Notes under the pieces: generated by a model
Seen by the model: the letters and a program-made list of their open reading frames with translations, nothing else
Told to the model about the DNA's origin: nothing
Database searches by the model: none
Program-made: the position numbers and the translations under genes
Shown here: positions 15,687-25,592 of the stretch, piece after piece
Layout: the number at the start of each line of letters is the position of its first letter
How positions within the stretch are numbered: position 1 is the stretch's first letter
Origin: a virus
Direction: 5' to 3' (one strand)
Length of the DNA: 44,669 nt
IMG/VR virus record: IMGVR_UViG_3300046531_000422

Positions 15687-17599
15687 TATGGATTACCCAT
15701 GTTTGTTAATGCCGATGGTGCAAGTGAATTGGCACCATTAAATCCACTCGTACTGCCTATTGCGCCAGACATAATATTATTAGACATGCCGCTTAAAATA
15801 ACTCTTCCAACTTTATTTCTATCTAAATAAACATCACCAGTCACTTTATCTGGTTTCATTTTTTCTTTTGGATCAGCTAAAACACTTCTTGAATAATTAC
15901 CATATGTTTTATCAGAATTTAACATAAGAGGATCATGTATAAATCCAGAATATGCACCAATTACTGGTTGTTTTTTTGATATCATACTTATATTAGAAGC
16001 TTGATTTGAAAATCCTTTTGTATTAAATAAATTTATAAAAGATGCTAATTTTTCTAACATGGCAGACAAAACATTCAGAGAATGAATAACTCCTGGAGAT
16101 GTTAATTCCCCAAATGCAGTTGCTAAATTATGAGAAGCATTTGCAAATCTCATGCTTGCGCCTTTATTTGTATTTAGAGATTCATCATAAGTTGCATCTA
16201 TTCCCCAAAATCCACCCATCAATTGTCTTTGTCTTAAAATCTTATCTCTATTTTTATGCATCAAAAATAACTCTTGACCAGGAGTTCTACCAAAATCAAG
16301 ACTTAACCTTCTTTGAATATCCAAATCATCAACAGTTCCTTTCGATTTATAAACATCCATTACTTTTTCTTCAAACAAGAAAGGATCAGTTGACAATAAA
16401 TCAGTGAATTTCTTTTTTGCGTGTGTTCCTGTAGGTCTTCCATTTTTATCAACAGAAGCAGAGCTATAAATTCCTAAATTAAGTAAATCCGCTACCCTTT
16501 TTTTATTGTTTAAAGTACCTGCACCAGTCTGCATTTGCATGGCAAGCGTAATTAAACCAGTAGCTGCTCTTCTTCCTTTTATTTCTTGTAAAACGGGCTC
16601 TAATCCAATAAAACCCATAGGAGTTAACTTTCCAAATGCACCAGAACCTTGAGCAAGAAATTGCTGCATTTGTGTCGGATCAATTGTTCCAGCAGAAGAA
16701 GACATCATTTGAAACATCAAATTTTGTCCTTCCATTACTTTTTTATGATCTGATCCACCCCATATTTCAGCAGCCCTAGCCATGTCCATCATTTGCTTAT
16801 CGCTCATTTTTCCAAATGTTGCGCTAGCTGCAAACTGTGATTTAGCAAGCAATGGTGCCAATTCTTTAGAGTTCGCATATCCACTACCAGGCAATTCTTT
16901 TGTTATCATGACAGAATCAACAAAAGCTTTTAAAAGTTCATTTCTTGATATCCCTTTTACTGTCTGTTTTGAAAAATCACTCGCTAACTTTATATTTTCT
17001 GGTGAAAATCCTTGTGCCTTTAATTGCATAATAGATTGCTGCCTTTCAACTTCTGCTTCATATCCAGAATGCAAAGCAGAATAACCAGCATACCCCGCAA
17101 CCATCGCACCTAATCCTACTGGCCCTCCTAATATACCTACACCCATCATAGAACCGGAAGCGCCAACTCCATGGCCAGCAGCTTTCATTAATATTTTTGA
17201 TTTTTTGCCACCAGCATATGCAGCACCTGCAGCAGCTCCACCACCAATGCCACCTATTCCCATTTCAGAAGCCATTCTTGCTTCACGCAAACGCTCTGTT
17301 AAAACAGCAGTTTTTTGTGATAATTTTTCAGTGTTTATGCTTGCTCTTAATAGAACACCATCATATTTAGAAAATACAGAAGAACTAGCCATTCCTTCTT
17401 TATTTATGACAGAGAATGATTTTGCTAATCGAGCAAATTCAGGAGACGCAATAGCTAAGTTTCTTGAAAACTTTTCTAAATTTACGTTAAGAAGGGATAA
17501 GTTATAATTTGCTGCGCGGATGCTCTCTTGAAAAATTTTCATTTTTTCAATTGCATCACCTTTGATGTTAAGGGCAGCCCATATTTTATATGCTTCCAT
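15686..17599 (-). CDS. Tail tape measure protein
   Basis: 637 aa, Gly/Ala-rich hydrophobic core (GIGGIGGGAAAGAAYAGG), downstream of frameshifted chaperone. Confidence 0.8.
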   Translation of the reverse strand: MEAYKIWAALNIKGDAIEKMKIFQESIRAANYNLSLLNVNLEKFSRNLAIASPEFARLAKSFSVINKEGMASSSVFSKYDGVLLRASINTEKLSQKTAVLTERLREARMASEMGIGGIGGGAAAGAAYAGGKKSKILMKAAGHGVGASGSMMGVGILGGPVGLGAMVAGYAGYSALHSGYEAEVERQQSIMQLKAQGFSPENIKLASDFSKQTVKGISRNELLKAFVDSVMITKELPGSGYANSKELAPLLAKSQFAASATFGKMSDKQMMDMARAAEIWGGSDHKKVMEGQNLMFQMMSSSAGTIDPTQMQQFLAQGSGAFGKLTPMGFIGLEPVLQEIKGRRAATGLITLAMQMQTGAGTLNNKKRVADLLNLGIYSSASVDKNGRPTGTHAKKKFTDLLSTDPFLFEEKVMDVYKSKGTVDDLDIQRRLSLDFGRTPGQELFLMHKNRDKILRQRQLMGGFWGIDATYDESLNTNKGASMRFANASHNLATAFGELTSPGVIHSLNVLSAMLEKLASFINLFNTKGFSNQASNISMISKKQPVIGAYSGFIHDPLMLNSDKTYGNYSRSVLADPKEKMKPDKVTGDVYLDRNKVGRVILSGMSNNIMSGAIGSTSGFNGANSLAPSALTNMGNP

Positions 17600-18068
17600 A
17601 GGTACCCTTAGTTAAAGATAGTTTTTTGCCAGCTACAAAACTCTGTAGCATTCTTCCAAAAACATAATGTATAACTGGCTGTGCTTGATACATTGTCGTA
17701 CTAATAACAGGCCTCGGCGGTATATGCCTTGTACCTAATTCTTGATAAACCATTATTTGACTATCAGAACCTAAAAATAATGTCTGAGATTCAACATTGA
17801 ATACATGATGTATTGATTCTTTTAATTCACCAGTCCTATAGAGAGGATTGTAATCAGCGTTAAATACATACCCTTGTCTTTCTTTGTCTCTCTTTGTTGA
17901 TTCCGCTAAGGGAGCCCATCCATCTTGCAAATGTCCTATCTTATCTTTTGCTTCTTTTTCAAGAACTTCACCTGCAAATTTTGCAGCTACTTTCTCATAA
18001 ACAGGAAATTCTAAAATCAATTTCTCTATATGTTTTTGAAACATTTCTAAAGATTTAAATTCTTTCAT
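17586..18068 (-). CDS. HK97 gp10-like virion morphogenesis/tail completion protein
   Basis: PLYRTGELKESI and ELGTRHIPPRP motifs typical of the gp10 family; unusual position between chaperone and tape measure. Confidence 0.45.
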   Translation of the reverse strand: MKEFKSLEMFQKHIEKLILEFPVYEKVAAKFAGEVLEKEAKDKIGHLQDGWAPLAESTKRDKERQGYVFNADYNPLYRTGELKESIHHVFNVESQTLFLGSDSQIMVYQELGTRHIPPRPVISTTMYQAQPVIHYVFGRMLQSFVAGKKLSLTKGTYGSI

Positions 18069-18543
18069 TCATATTTCCAAGTATTGAAATTGAATTTACC
18101 TTTACCTGCTTGTTGCTGGACTATAATGCAGAAAGCTTTCCTCATTTCATCACTCAATGAAAGTACATATTCTTCTTTAAATCCACTAGACACCAATAGA
18201 ACAAATTCATTCATGTCGGTATCTAAAACTATTTTTTTATGTTTTCTGGCTCCTCCTTAACTTCAATTAATAGCTCAGAATAAACTGCTTCAATACCTTC
18301 CTCTCCTAAGTTCTGCAATAAAGCTAAACATTCCTCATAACTTCTTGGAGATTCATAAACTCGTTCATTTACTTTTGCAACATAGATAATGGCTGACATC
18401 ATATTCATACAAGATAAAATATCAGCATCTTGTTTCATGCACTTATTAAGATTGTATCTATCCATGATAGTAGGTTTTCTCAATATAATAGTTCTTTTCA
18501 AACTATCAGTAATTGCCTTACCATCATAAGAAGCCTTAATCAT
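18065..18543 (-). CDS. Tail assembly chaperone -1 frameshift product (gpGT / E+E' analogue)
   Basis: Slippery A AAA AAA (18232..18238) just before TAG; the -1 frame stays open for 55 more codons to TGA at 18065..18067. Confidence 0.6.
18229..18543 (-). CDS. Tail assembly chaperone (lambda gpG / P2 gpE analogue)
   Basis: 104 aa between tube and tape measure, ends in A7 slippery run. Confidence 0.7.
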   Translation of the reverse strand: MIKASYDGKAITDSLKRTIILRKPTIMDRYNLNKCMKQDADILSCMNMMSAIIYVAKVNERVYESPRSYEECLALLQNLGEEGIEAVYSELLIEVKEEPENIKK

Positions 18544-18560
18544 AATTTAACCCTGTTTAT

Positions 18561-18992
18561 TTATAGTGGAATTTTTCGTCTTGCCTTAAATGCTACACTT
18601 TGTTTAACAATAGTAGTTCCAGAATACTGACCCCCATCAGTTAAAGAAAGAACACAATTAGTGTATTGCCATTGAGTAATAGTTCCATTCAATTCTCTAA
18701 TCGTTTCTGTAATTGTTATATTAATTTGATCGCCACCTTGATAATAAACTCTTTCTTGTTTAGCAAAATACTGGTCAAGAACAGGTGATCCTCGCTGATA
18801 AACAAAAGAACCATGCCATCCTTGATGTAATTTTGGATGCCTTGTTATACCATCCATAGCAGTATGATCTTGAACATCAGCATTTTCATTTGCTGAAAAA
18901 CTTTCAATGATTGTAAAATCTTTCAATCCGTCAACATCAGTCAAAACAAGAGTGTGACTAATACCACTAGTTAAACCATCTAGATTAGACAT
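18561..18992 (-). CDS. Tail tube protein
   Basis: 143 aa directly after sheath gene (position-based). Confidence 0.7.
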   Translation of the reverse strand: MSNLDGLTSGISHTLVLTDVDGLKDFTIIESFSANENADVQDHTAMDGITRHPKLHQGWHGSFVYQRGSPVLDQYFAKQERVYYQGGDQINITITETIRELNGTITQWQYTNCVLSLTDGGQYSGTTIVKQSVAFKARRKIPL

Positions 18993-18994
18993 TT

Positions 18995-21022
18995 TTATAA
19001 TCCTCCTGTTTGTACTGGCAATATGCTAACAGCAGAAGATAAAGATCCCTGTTCAGCATTTAAATTTACGATAAAATATTGAGTTATAGAAAATAATACA
19101 ACAGCTATATCAGACTGCATATATCCTAATGCAACCCTATTAGGAGGATTATTACTTTCATCTAAAATAATTGAACAAGCTTTAGAAAAATTACCTGGAT
19201 TGTTAACATCTCCAATCATTCCAAATTGAAATAAATTTTGAAAAAATGCAAAAAGTGTTGCTCTAGCTTGCTCTCTTACGGTCGGAGTTTGAGCTTTACC
19301 AATAAATACACCCATGCCGTTTAAAATGGTTTGAGCAATAAAATTAACCATTCGCGGATAATTATCTGTTTGCGTTAAAGGATTGCTGCTTGTATTAATG
19401 CCTAGCCTACAACCAAATAAGTTACCTGAAGGAATAGGATTTGTAATAACCTCAATTCTTCCAGTTCTGATTTGAGATAAATCGGCAGTAGAATAAGATC
19501 TGCTTTCCAATGTTTTTTGAGTTGCAATTATTCCTGATAATTGCTTATTTAAAGAAGATTCACTGGGTAATAAATTTGCAAGAATTCCTGCTTTAAATGA
19601 TTGAGGAGAAATAAACCGAGTTAAACCATTGAATGGATCGTTAATCTGAATCCAATCTCCCATGGCTAAACTAAATGAATAACTATCTATTCCAGCATTA
19701 GCTAATAACGTTCTTGCACCTGATATATTGTCTTGATATCCAGGATCAATAGAACCAATACAATATGATCCTTCTTCTCGAGCAAATTCATCTTGCAAAG
19801 TCCACTTCGTTGGATCAGATGTATCAGCTAAAAAGAAAATTCCACCAGAAACATTATTACGAAGTGCATACATTCCTGTTCTTGGAAGAACACCATCATT
19901 TCCAATAATCTGAGTGCTAGTTACATTAGAACCGTCTGTACCACCAGATAAAGTTTGAGTAACTAATTTTGGTGAACTAATTGATCCTAAAAATAAAGTT
20001 ACATCTGCACCACCAGAATCTGAAATAGTAACAACAGATGTTTCCTCATAATCACTACCAGCAGTTAGAACATTAATATTTTCAATTCCCCAGTCCAAAT
20101 CAAAAGTTGCGCCAGTTCCAATGCCAGATGTCGTATTTTGAGAAACTGGATTACTTGGCAATACGGTATAAGAACCCGCGACCGTAACAGTTGCCGTTAA
20201 AATAACGCCCCCTATATCAACAGTATCAACCGTTAGCGTTACAGGAACTGTATTTGTACCGCCAGCAAGAACAATAGTGTCATTTACGAGATATCCAGTA
20301 CCGCCAGAATTAACAACAGCCGTATTTGCTAACATTGAAACTTCAAAAGTAGCACCTGTACCATCTGCTACAGTAACTGTCGGAACAACAAAATAACTAC
20401 CTGGATCATTAATCGTAAAACCAGCAATACCTGTAGGCAAACTAGCAACAACAAGACTTGATGGGCCGCGTTGTATTGACTGTCCAAGATTCACAGCATC
20501 AATTAAATTTTTCCAAAATGCGTTTCCAGTACCTACAATATTGTCGTAAACCTCTGGAATACCGCCCTGCATATAAACAGACAACTTATAACTGCCTACT
20601 GCTGAACCATTGCCTATCGTTGCATTGATAGAATTTCCAGTTGATCCTGTATAAAATGCCGTCAAATTTGCGCCAACTTTTGGAACAAGCAAATCATCTA
20701 TCAAAGTTCCGACCGCTGCTGTATCAGTACCATCAGATACTCGAACACATCTAAAATTAGATGCACCTTGTAAAGAACAGGCATACATCGCAGTACCCAA
20801 GTCATATCGAATAGGATTTGGCGTACCAAACAATGCAATTTGATCTTGAAGAGAACCAACTACTACTGCTGAATTTAATTGACCCCAACTAGCAGTACCA
20901 ACAATACCAATAACATCCGTTGGAACTCCATTTAACAATGGATTTGGAGGAACAATCTGTACGTATAAATTTGGAACTGTTAAAGCTGGTAAATTTGTAG
21001 TTCCTGAAGGTGCAATTGGCAT
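18995..21022 (-). CDS. Contractile tail sheath protein with central beta-rich insertion
   Basis: 675 aa, sheath-like N and C termini, followed by tube gene. Confidence 0.8.
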   Translation of the reverse strand: MPIAPSGTTNLPALTVPNLYVQIVPPNPLLNGVPTDVIGIVGTASWGQLNSAVVVGSLQDQIALFGTPNPIRYDLGTAMYACSLQGASNFRCVRVSDGTDTAAVGTLIDDLLVPKVGANLTAFYTGSTGNSINATIGNGSAVGSYKLSVYMQGGIPEVYDNIVGTGNAFWKNLIDAVNLGQSIQRGPSSLVVASLPTGIAGFTINDPGSYFVVPTVTVADGTGATFEVSMLANTAVVNSGGTGYLVNDTIVLAGGTNTVPVTLTVDTVDIGGVILTATVTVAGSYTVLPSNPVSQNTTSGIGTGATFDLDWGIENINVLTAGSDYEETSVVTISDSGGADVTLFLGSISSPKLVTQTLSGGTDGSNVTSTQIIGNDGVLPRTGMYALRNNVSGGIFFLADTSDPTKWTLQDEFAREEGSYCIGSIDPGYQDNISGARTLLANAGIDSYSFSLAMGDWIQINDPFNGLTRFISPQSFKAGILANLLPSESSLNKQLSGIIATQKTLESRSYSTADLSQIRTGRIEVITNPIPSGNLFGCRLGINTSSNPLTQTDNYPRMVNFIAQTILNGMGVFIGKAQTPTVREQARATLFAFFQNLFQFGMIGDVNNPGNFSKACSIILDESNNPPNRVALGYMQSDIAVVLFSITQYFIVNLNAEQGSLSSAVSILPVQTGGL

Positions 21023-21033
21023 CTTGAATCCCC

Positions 21034-21273
21034 TTATTTGTTATTCGTTTTTAAAACCATGTTCTTCTCATGACTATCTAATATTTTTTCTATTTCTTCT
21101 TTTCTTGTTATTAATTGACCTTTTAAATATTGACGAAAAGGTGTTTTAACAAACAAATTAAATTCATTTTTTTCTTTATTAATTAACACAGGTTCTAAAA
21201 CTGCTTTTAATTCTTGAAATTCATTTAATTTTAAAAATTGTGATTTTTTAAACTTTTTATCTTTTGTTTTCAT
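21034..21273 (-). CDS. hypothetical Lys-rich small protein
   Basis: ORF between neck and sheath genes. Confidence 0.45.
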   Translation of the reverse strand: MKTKDKKFKKSQFLKLNEFQELKAVLEPVLINKEKNEFNLFVKTPFRQYLKGQLITRKEEIEKILDSHEKNMVLKTNNK

Positions 21274-22065
21274 TTATGTTCCATATTCTACGTTCAAAAC
21301 ATTGCTTGCTATGGTTGTAAATAATTGTGTATTTGTAGTTGCGTACTGAACTCTAAAAAACAAATCACGCCTGTATATCAATGGTATTTCCAGATCATCT
21401 GTCTCATTTGTGTGATCGTAAAACATGTGACAATAAAAACCATCAGGCAAAACAAATCTGTAATTCAATCTAAAAAATATATCAATTGGAGGAGCTAACA
21501 AAGATCGTGTAGTTGGATTATTACACCAGCAAGATATTTGAAATACTCTCTCTTGACGTCCAAGTTCTTCTGCTGCTTTTGATTGCGTAACTATTCTTGC
21601 AACTAAACTATTATTAAAATCAATTGTTAATGTGCTTCCTGATGGAACTGATCCAGGAACCAATAAAGACAAAGCAGTTGCAATATCGTCTAATGTATCT
21701 GTTATCAATACTTGATATGAATATCCAACACCATCTACTACTATCATTACTGCTTGAGGAACACTTATCACTCCACCAAAAGTAATAACATTCCCGACTA
21801 CAGTTGCTGTTATCGTTGCAGGTATTGATTCAACTTCCTGAAAAACTCTCTCAAATTTTGTTACATCTTTTTCTTTATTCGTTGGATAAACTGAAATCAT
21901 TGCTCTTCCAGCTTTCATTTCATCATCCAACTTATTTCTAATTGGCCATCCAGGAAATATCGATACATCAACACCGGCTACTGATGGTTGAGATGTACCA
22001 TTTGGATAAACAGCTTGCTCAACCATTCCTACCAAAACATTTAATACATCAGATAAGTCAGCCAT
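21274..22065 (-). CDS. hypothetical structural protein (neck/tail terminator region)
   Basis: Late-operon position only. Confidence 0.55.
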   Translation of the reverse strand: MADLSDVLNVLVGMVEQAVYPNGTSQPSVAGVDVSIFPGWPIRNKLDDEMKAGRAMISVYPTNKEKDVTKFERVFQEVESIPATITATVVGNVITFGGVISVPQAVMIVVDGVGYSYQVLITDTLDDIATALSLLVPGSVPSGSTLTIDFNNSLVARIVTQSKAAEELGRQERVFQISCWCNNPTTRSLLAPPIDIFFRLNYRFVLPDGFYCHMFYDHTNETDDLEIPLIYRRDLFFRVQYATTNTQLFTTIASNVLNVEYGT

Positions 22066-22072
22066 TTAAACC

Positions 22073-22732
22073 CTATGTAACCATTTGCATTGCTTTGATT
22101 CGCCAAATAAAATCTGTCCTTTCTGATAAAGTTATTAGGTATTGCTGATTACTCTCATCAATTACAATGTCACCCGTTTTTATGTCTGTACTATCAATAT
22201 TTGGCATCAAAATTACCCATGAACTCTGCTTACTATCAGTGGGTAATTTTGTTATCGCATTTGAACCAATTCTGTCTAACAAAGTTGATGCCGGCATTTC
22301 ATCAACAAGAAGCTGAGAATTTGCAGGCAGATACCCACCGTATGGTTGAATGCCTGGGCCCAATGTTTGGTCAGGTCTTATAATTCTCAAAATACTATTA
22401 CATTCAACTGCCAACATCGGCATTTGATACTGCTTTGCTAATACAAAAAATGTCTGTTTAACATCTACTAAAAAATCACATTCTCTTACGTTTAATATTC
22501 CTGAGCTTTCTTGACCGTCTGTTAACAAATACCAGATTGCATTTCCTGGTCTATTTGCTTTCATCCAATCCCAAGAAATTGTAAAAGCACACTTTACAAC
22601 GCCTTGTAAATTTAATGGATCAATCGGACTAATAGGATTTGATGCTCTGTAAAGAGAAAAATCTTTACCCAATTTCTGAGCAGCTTTGTAATATCCAAAC
22701 CTAATCTTTTGATCTACTCCTGGCCCATCCAT
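22073..22732 (-). CDS. hypothetical structural protein (head-tail joining region)
   Basis: Late-operon position only. Confidence 0.55.
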   Translation of the reverse strand: MDGPGVDQKIRFGYYKAAQKLGKDFSLYRASNPISPIDPLNLQGVVKCAFTISWDWMKANRPGNAIWYLLTDGQESSGILNVRECDFLVDVKQTFFVLAKQYQMPMLAVECNSILRIIRPDQTLGPGIQPYGGYLPANSQLLVDEMPASTLLDRIGSNAITKLPTDSKQSSWVILMPNIDSTDIKTGDIVIDESNQQYLITLSERTDFIWRIKAMQMVT

Positions 22733-23119
22733 TTAAACAATCATCCTAAATTGACCTCTCACTAATTTACTTGGACTTTCAATGCCCAAAAAATCAATAA
22801 GACGATTACACCAATAATTAAATAAATCAGTTCTATCTCTTAACTCATCCTTATTCCTGTACCAAACAGCAGCACGATCAGTATCTAAATTTGTTGTTGA
22901 GTCAGGGATTGCTTGTTCAAGCGTTATCAAATTAGACAGATAAATAGTTCTTATTGTGTCTTCTTCTTCTAATGCAAGATTATTCAATCGATATTCAAGC
23001 ATTAAGTACCACTTATAATATCTGTAACCGAATGTTGGAGGAGATGCTGTAGAACTATTTCCGAAAACGGGAAACCCACAATATCGCCTGATATTAATTT
23101 TTTCCTGTTCCGTTAACAT
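22733..23119 (-). CDS. hypothetical head-tail connector region protein
   Basis: Late-operon position only. Confidence 0.55.
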   Translation of the reverse strand: MLTEQEKINIRRYCGFPVFGNSSTASPPTFGYRYYKWYLMLEYRLNNLALEEEDTIRTIYLSNLITLEQAIPDSTTNLDTDRAAVWYRNKDELRDRTDLFNYWCNRLIDFLGIESPSKLVRGQFRMIV

Positions 23120-23465
23120 CTTTCACATAAACCTCAATAGGCGCATTTTTACGCAGGAAATGCCTTATATCTTCTACTTTGTATAAAACTTCACCAACTA
23201 ATCTAATTTTGTGTATATGTAAAAAATTATTGTAATTCTGATTTCCATTTGTAGAATCAGCAAATTTCTGATAGAAAATTGCGATCCTATTTTGTCCATC
23301 ATCCAAAAAAGAAAAATCTTCTTTAACAATAGATTTTTCAAGAGAAAATTTCTCTCCTCTTTCAACAAATTCTTCTACAGCTTTCTCAACAACATCAGAA
23401 ACAGACGGAGTTTCCAATTCTTCAACGGGAAACTCCTGAGATAACTTTTTTTCTGTTTTTTTCAT
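23094..23465 (-). CDS. hypothetical protein after capsid gene (start at internal Met)
   Basis: ATG 23465 lies one base after the MCP stop (TAA-t-ATG); acidic N-terminal half. Confidence 0.5.
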   Translation of the reverse strand: MKKTEKKLSQEFPVEELETPSVSDVVEKAVEEFVERGEKFSLEKSIVKEDFSFLDDGQNRIAIFYQKFADSTNGNQNYNNFLHIHKIRLVGEVLYKVEDIRHFLRKNAPIEVYVKDVNGTGKN

Positions 23466-23466
23466 A

Positions 23467-24888
23467 TTAAGCATGCTCGAATATGACAGCTCGTTTATAA
23501 GCAGCATTGCCAGCAGTTAAAATTACATTGCTTGTAGTTGTAACGTCAGTAGGAACCACAAATCCGCCAGTATAGTTAGCAGTTTGAGAAATGATTTGGC
23601 CCAATCGATCCAATGGATGACGAACGTACATGTACATACCAGCCATTGACATGTCCTTAACGTTACGAACAACGTTGATATTGAATGGATTGTTGAACAT
23701 ATTGACGTTGCTCATATCAGCCAAAGAATTACCAGAAGACATGTTGCGGATAGCTTCCAAACCTTTTTGGAAAACAGCTTCTACTAAACAACCTGCACCA
23801 CACATGATTGGACGATGAACAGATGTCAAAACAGGAACAGGAGCAGTTGTTTGTGGAGATTGGATAACCATTTGAGTAGTAGAGATAATTCGACAATCCA
23901 AAAATTCATACACAAATGCATTTTGGTATGAAGGATCGCGAACACTTACACCACGATTAAGGATTTGAAATTCAGGATCTGCATATAACTCTTGCATGCT
24001 AGTTGCATCCAAATACAAGTTATATTTTCCATCGATTGTAGGAACTGCATTATTTCTAAGATAAGCAACACCAGCCAATATGCTAGACATATTGAAAAAG
24101 TCAGTCGAAATTAAATTATCTGTAGAAGCACGACCATTAGGACGTATAATAAGAGGAGCATTTGAAGCGAGCACTAAATTTCCAGCAGTACCATCTACCA
24201 CACTGATGTTTGCAGATGCAGTGATAGTTCCAGAAATACCACCTACAGAAATCGCACTCGATACGTTTACAACGTCAACAGTAAACGCAGTGATTGAATA
24301 AACAGTACCATTGATACTAACAGCCAAAGGATTTGTTGGAGAAACAGGAACAACTTGTCCGTTCACAACAACTTCTTGAAATCCTCTAACATCATCAACT
24401 TGAATTGTAACGCCAGGCGCACCAAGCGTAGCAGTAACAACTGTATTTCCACCCATGTATCTATTAAACAAAGAAACACGAGCAAGCGTATCAACAGCAG
24501 ATGCAGTAGCAATCCCCAAATTGACAGCATTACGCATTGCAAAACTTGCAATAGTAACTTCGTCATCCATTAAATTAATGTTTGGAGCAACTTGCGGATA
24601 TTGAGCAATAGACAAACTATACTGTTCGACAGAATAATTGACTGGTGTCAATCCGTTATCAATATTGGTATTGCTAGATGGGTCAAGAGGAACTGTGTTT
24701 GGCTGCATTAAACCAACACGAGTTTTTGAAATGCTATCGCCAATACGACCAGGGAACATCTCAAAGTCGGCAACAGCGCGGAAAACTAAATTAGGACGAA
24801 GTGAATCAATAAATCCCCTTTCCAAGTAATTCTCTTGAATAGCAGCGCCTAAGGTGGCGGGAAATGGGCCAAAAGGAGGTGTAGCCAT
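23467..24888 (-). CDS. Major capsid protein
   Basis: 473 aa, immediately after scaffold gene with a long leader; position-based, family not recognised. Confidence 0.65.
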   Translation of the reverse strand: MATPPFGPFPATLGAAIQENYLERGFIDSLRPNLVFRAVADFEMFPGRIGDSISKTRVGLMQPNTVPLDPSSNTNIDNGLTPVNYSVEQYSLSIAQYPQVAPNINLMDDEVTIASFAMRNAVNLGIATASAVDTLARVSLFNRYMGGNTVVTATLGAPGVTIQVDDVRGFQEVVVNGQVVPVSPTNPLAVSINGTVYSITAFTVDVVNVSSAISVGGISGTITASANISVVDGTAGNLVLASNAPLIIRPNGRASTDNLISTDFFNMSSILAGVAYLRNNAVPTIDGKYNLYLDATSMQELYADPEFQILNRGVSVRDPSYQNAFVYEFLDCRIISTTQMVIQSPQTTAPVPVLTSVHRPIMCGAGCLVEAVFQKGLEAIRNMSSGNSLADMSNVNMFNNPFNINVVRNVKDMSMAGMYMYVRHPLDRLGQIISQTANYTGGFVVPTDVTTTSNVILTAGNAAYKRAVIFEHA

Positions 24889-24959
24889 GATAAGTGTCTC
24901 TCTGTAGATAAAAGTTAATAAAAACGACCTTTATCCCTGCAGAGATCCACTCTAAGGGG

Positions 24960-24996
24960 ACGCTATTTATACAAGATCCACCTGTATAAATAGCGT
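24960..24996 (-). promoter_or_regulatory. Perfect 14-bp-stem hairpin in scaffold-capsid intergenic leader
   Basis: acgctatttataca (24960-24973) / tgtataaatagcgt (24983-24996), 9-nt loop; no U-run on the coding (minus) strand. Confidence 0.6.
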
Positions 24997-25024
24997 ATGT
25001 GACTTTCTATTTTATTTCTAAAAC

Positions 25025-25567
25025 TTAATTAGAATATCTTGATACCTGTTGTAACATTTTTGCAAAATCTTCTGCCGGAATATCATTAGCAGACTTACTT
25101 TGAACTGATGCACCACTTGATATATCAGAATTAGTAGAAGAATTTAATTTCTTCTGCGTTCCAAAATATGTAGGCTTTTTCTCTTTAAATGCAGAAACAA
25201 CCTCCTTAATACCAACAACTTCACCATTCTCAATCTTAACATTTGATGTATCCATCAACTTAATAAGATCAAGATCATTCAAACCTTCTAATACAGCAGC
25301 AGTTTTAAGTTCTGCATTAATCCTTTTTGACTCTACATCTTGCATTTGTTTTTCTAAAGTGCTGAATTTTTCCTGAAATGCTTTCTCTTGAGATTCAGAC
25401 TTTATTTTAATTGTCTCGTATTCACTCTTTGTTTCTTTATACTTCGCACGCCACTTAATATCGCTATCCTTTAAGTTCTCTACACTTTCTTTATTTTCTG
25501 TTTTAACTGGAATAGAAACAGGGTCAGCATCAACAACAGTAGTTACTTGTACATTTTCATTTGACAC
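25025..25567 (-). CDS. Scaffolding protein (DUF4355-like)
   Basis: Acidic coiled-coil, C-term ...GIKEVVSAFKEKKPTYFG typical of scaffold proteins; lies between portal and MCP. Confidence 0.7.
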   Translation of the reverse strand: MSNENVQVTTVVDADPVSIPVKTENKESVENLKDSDIKWRAKYKETKSEYETIKIKSESQEKAFQEKFSTLEKQMQDVESKRINAELKTAAVLEGLNDLDLIKLMDTSNVKIENGEVVGIKEVVSAFKEKKPTYFGTQKKLNSSTNSDISSGASVQSKSANDIPAEDFAKMLQQVSRYSN

Positions 25568-25592
25568 ATTTAATACCCTTTTATATTGTTAA

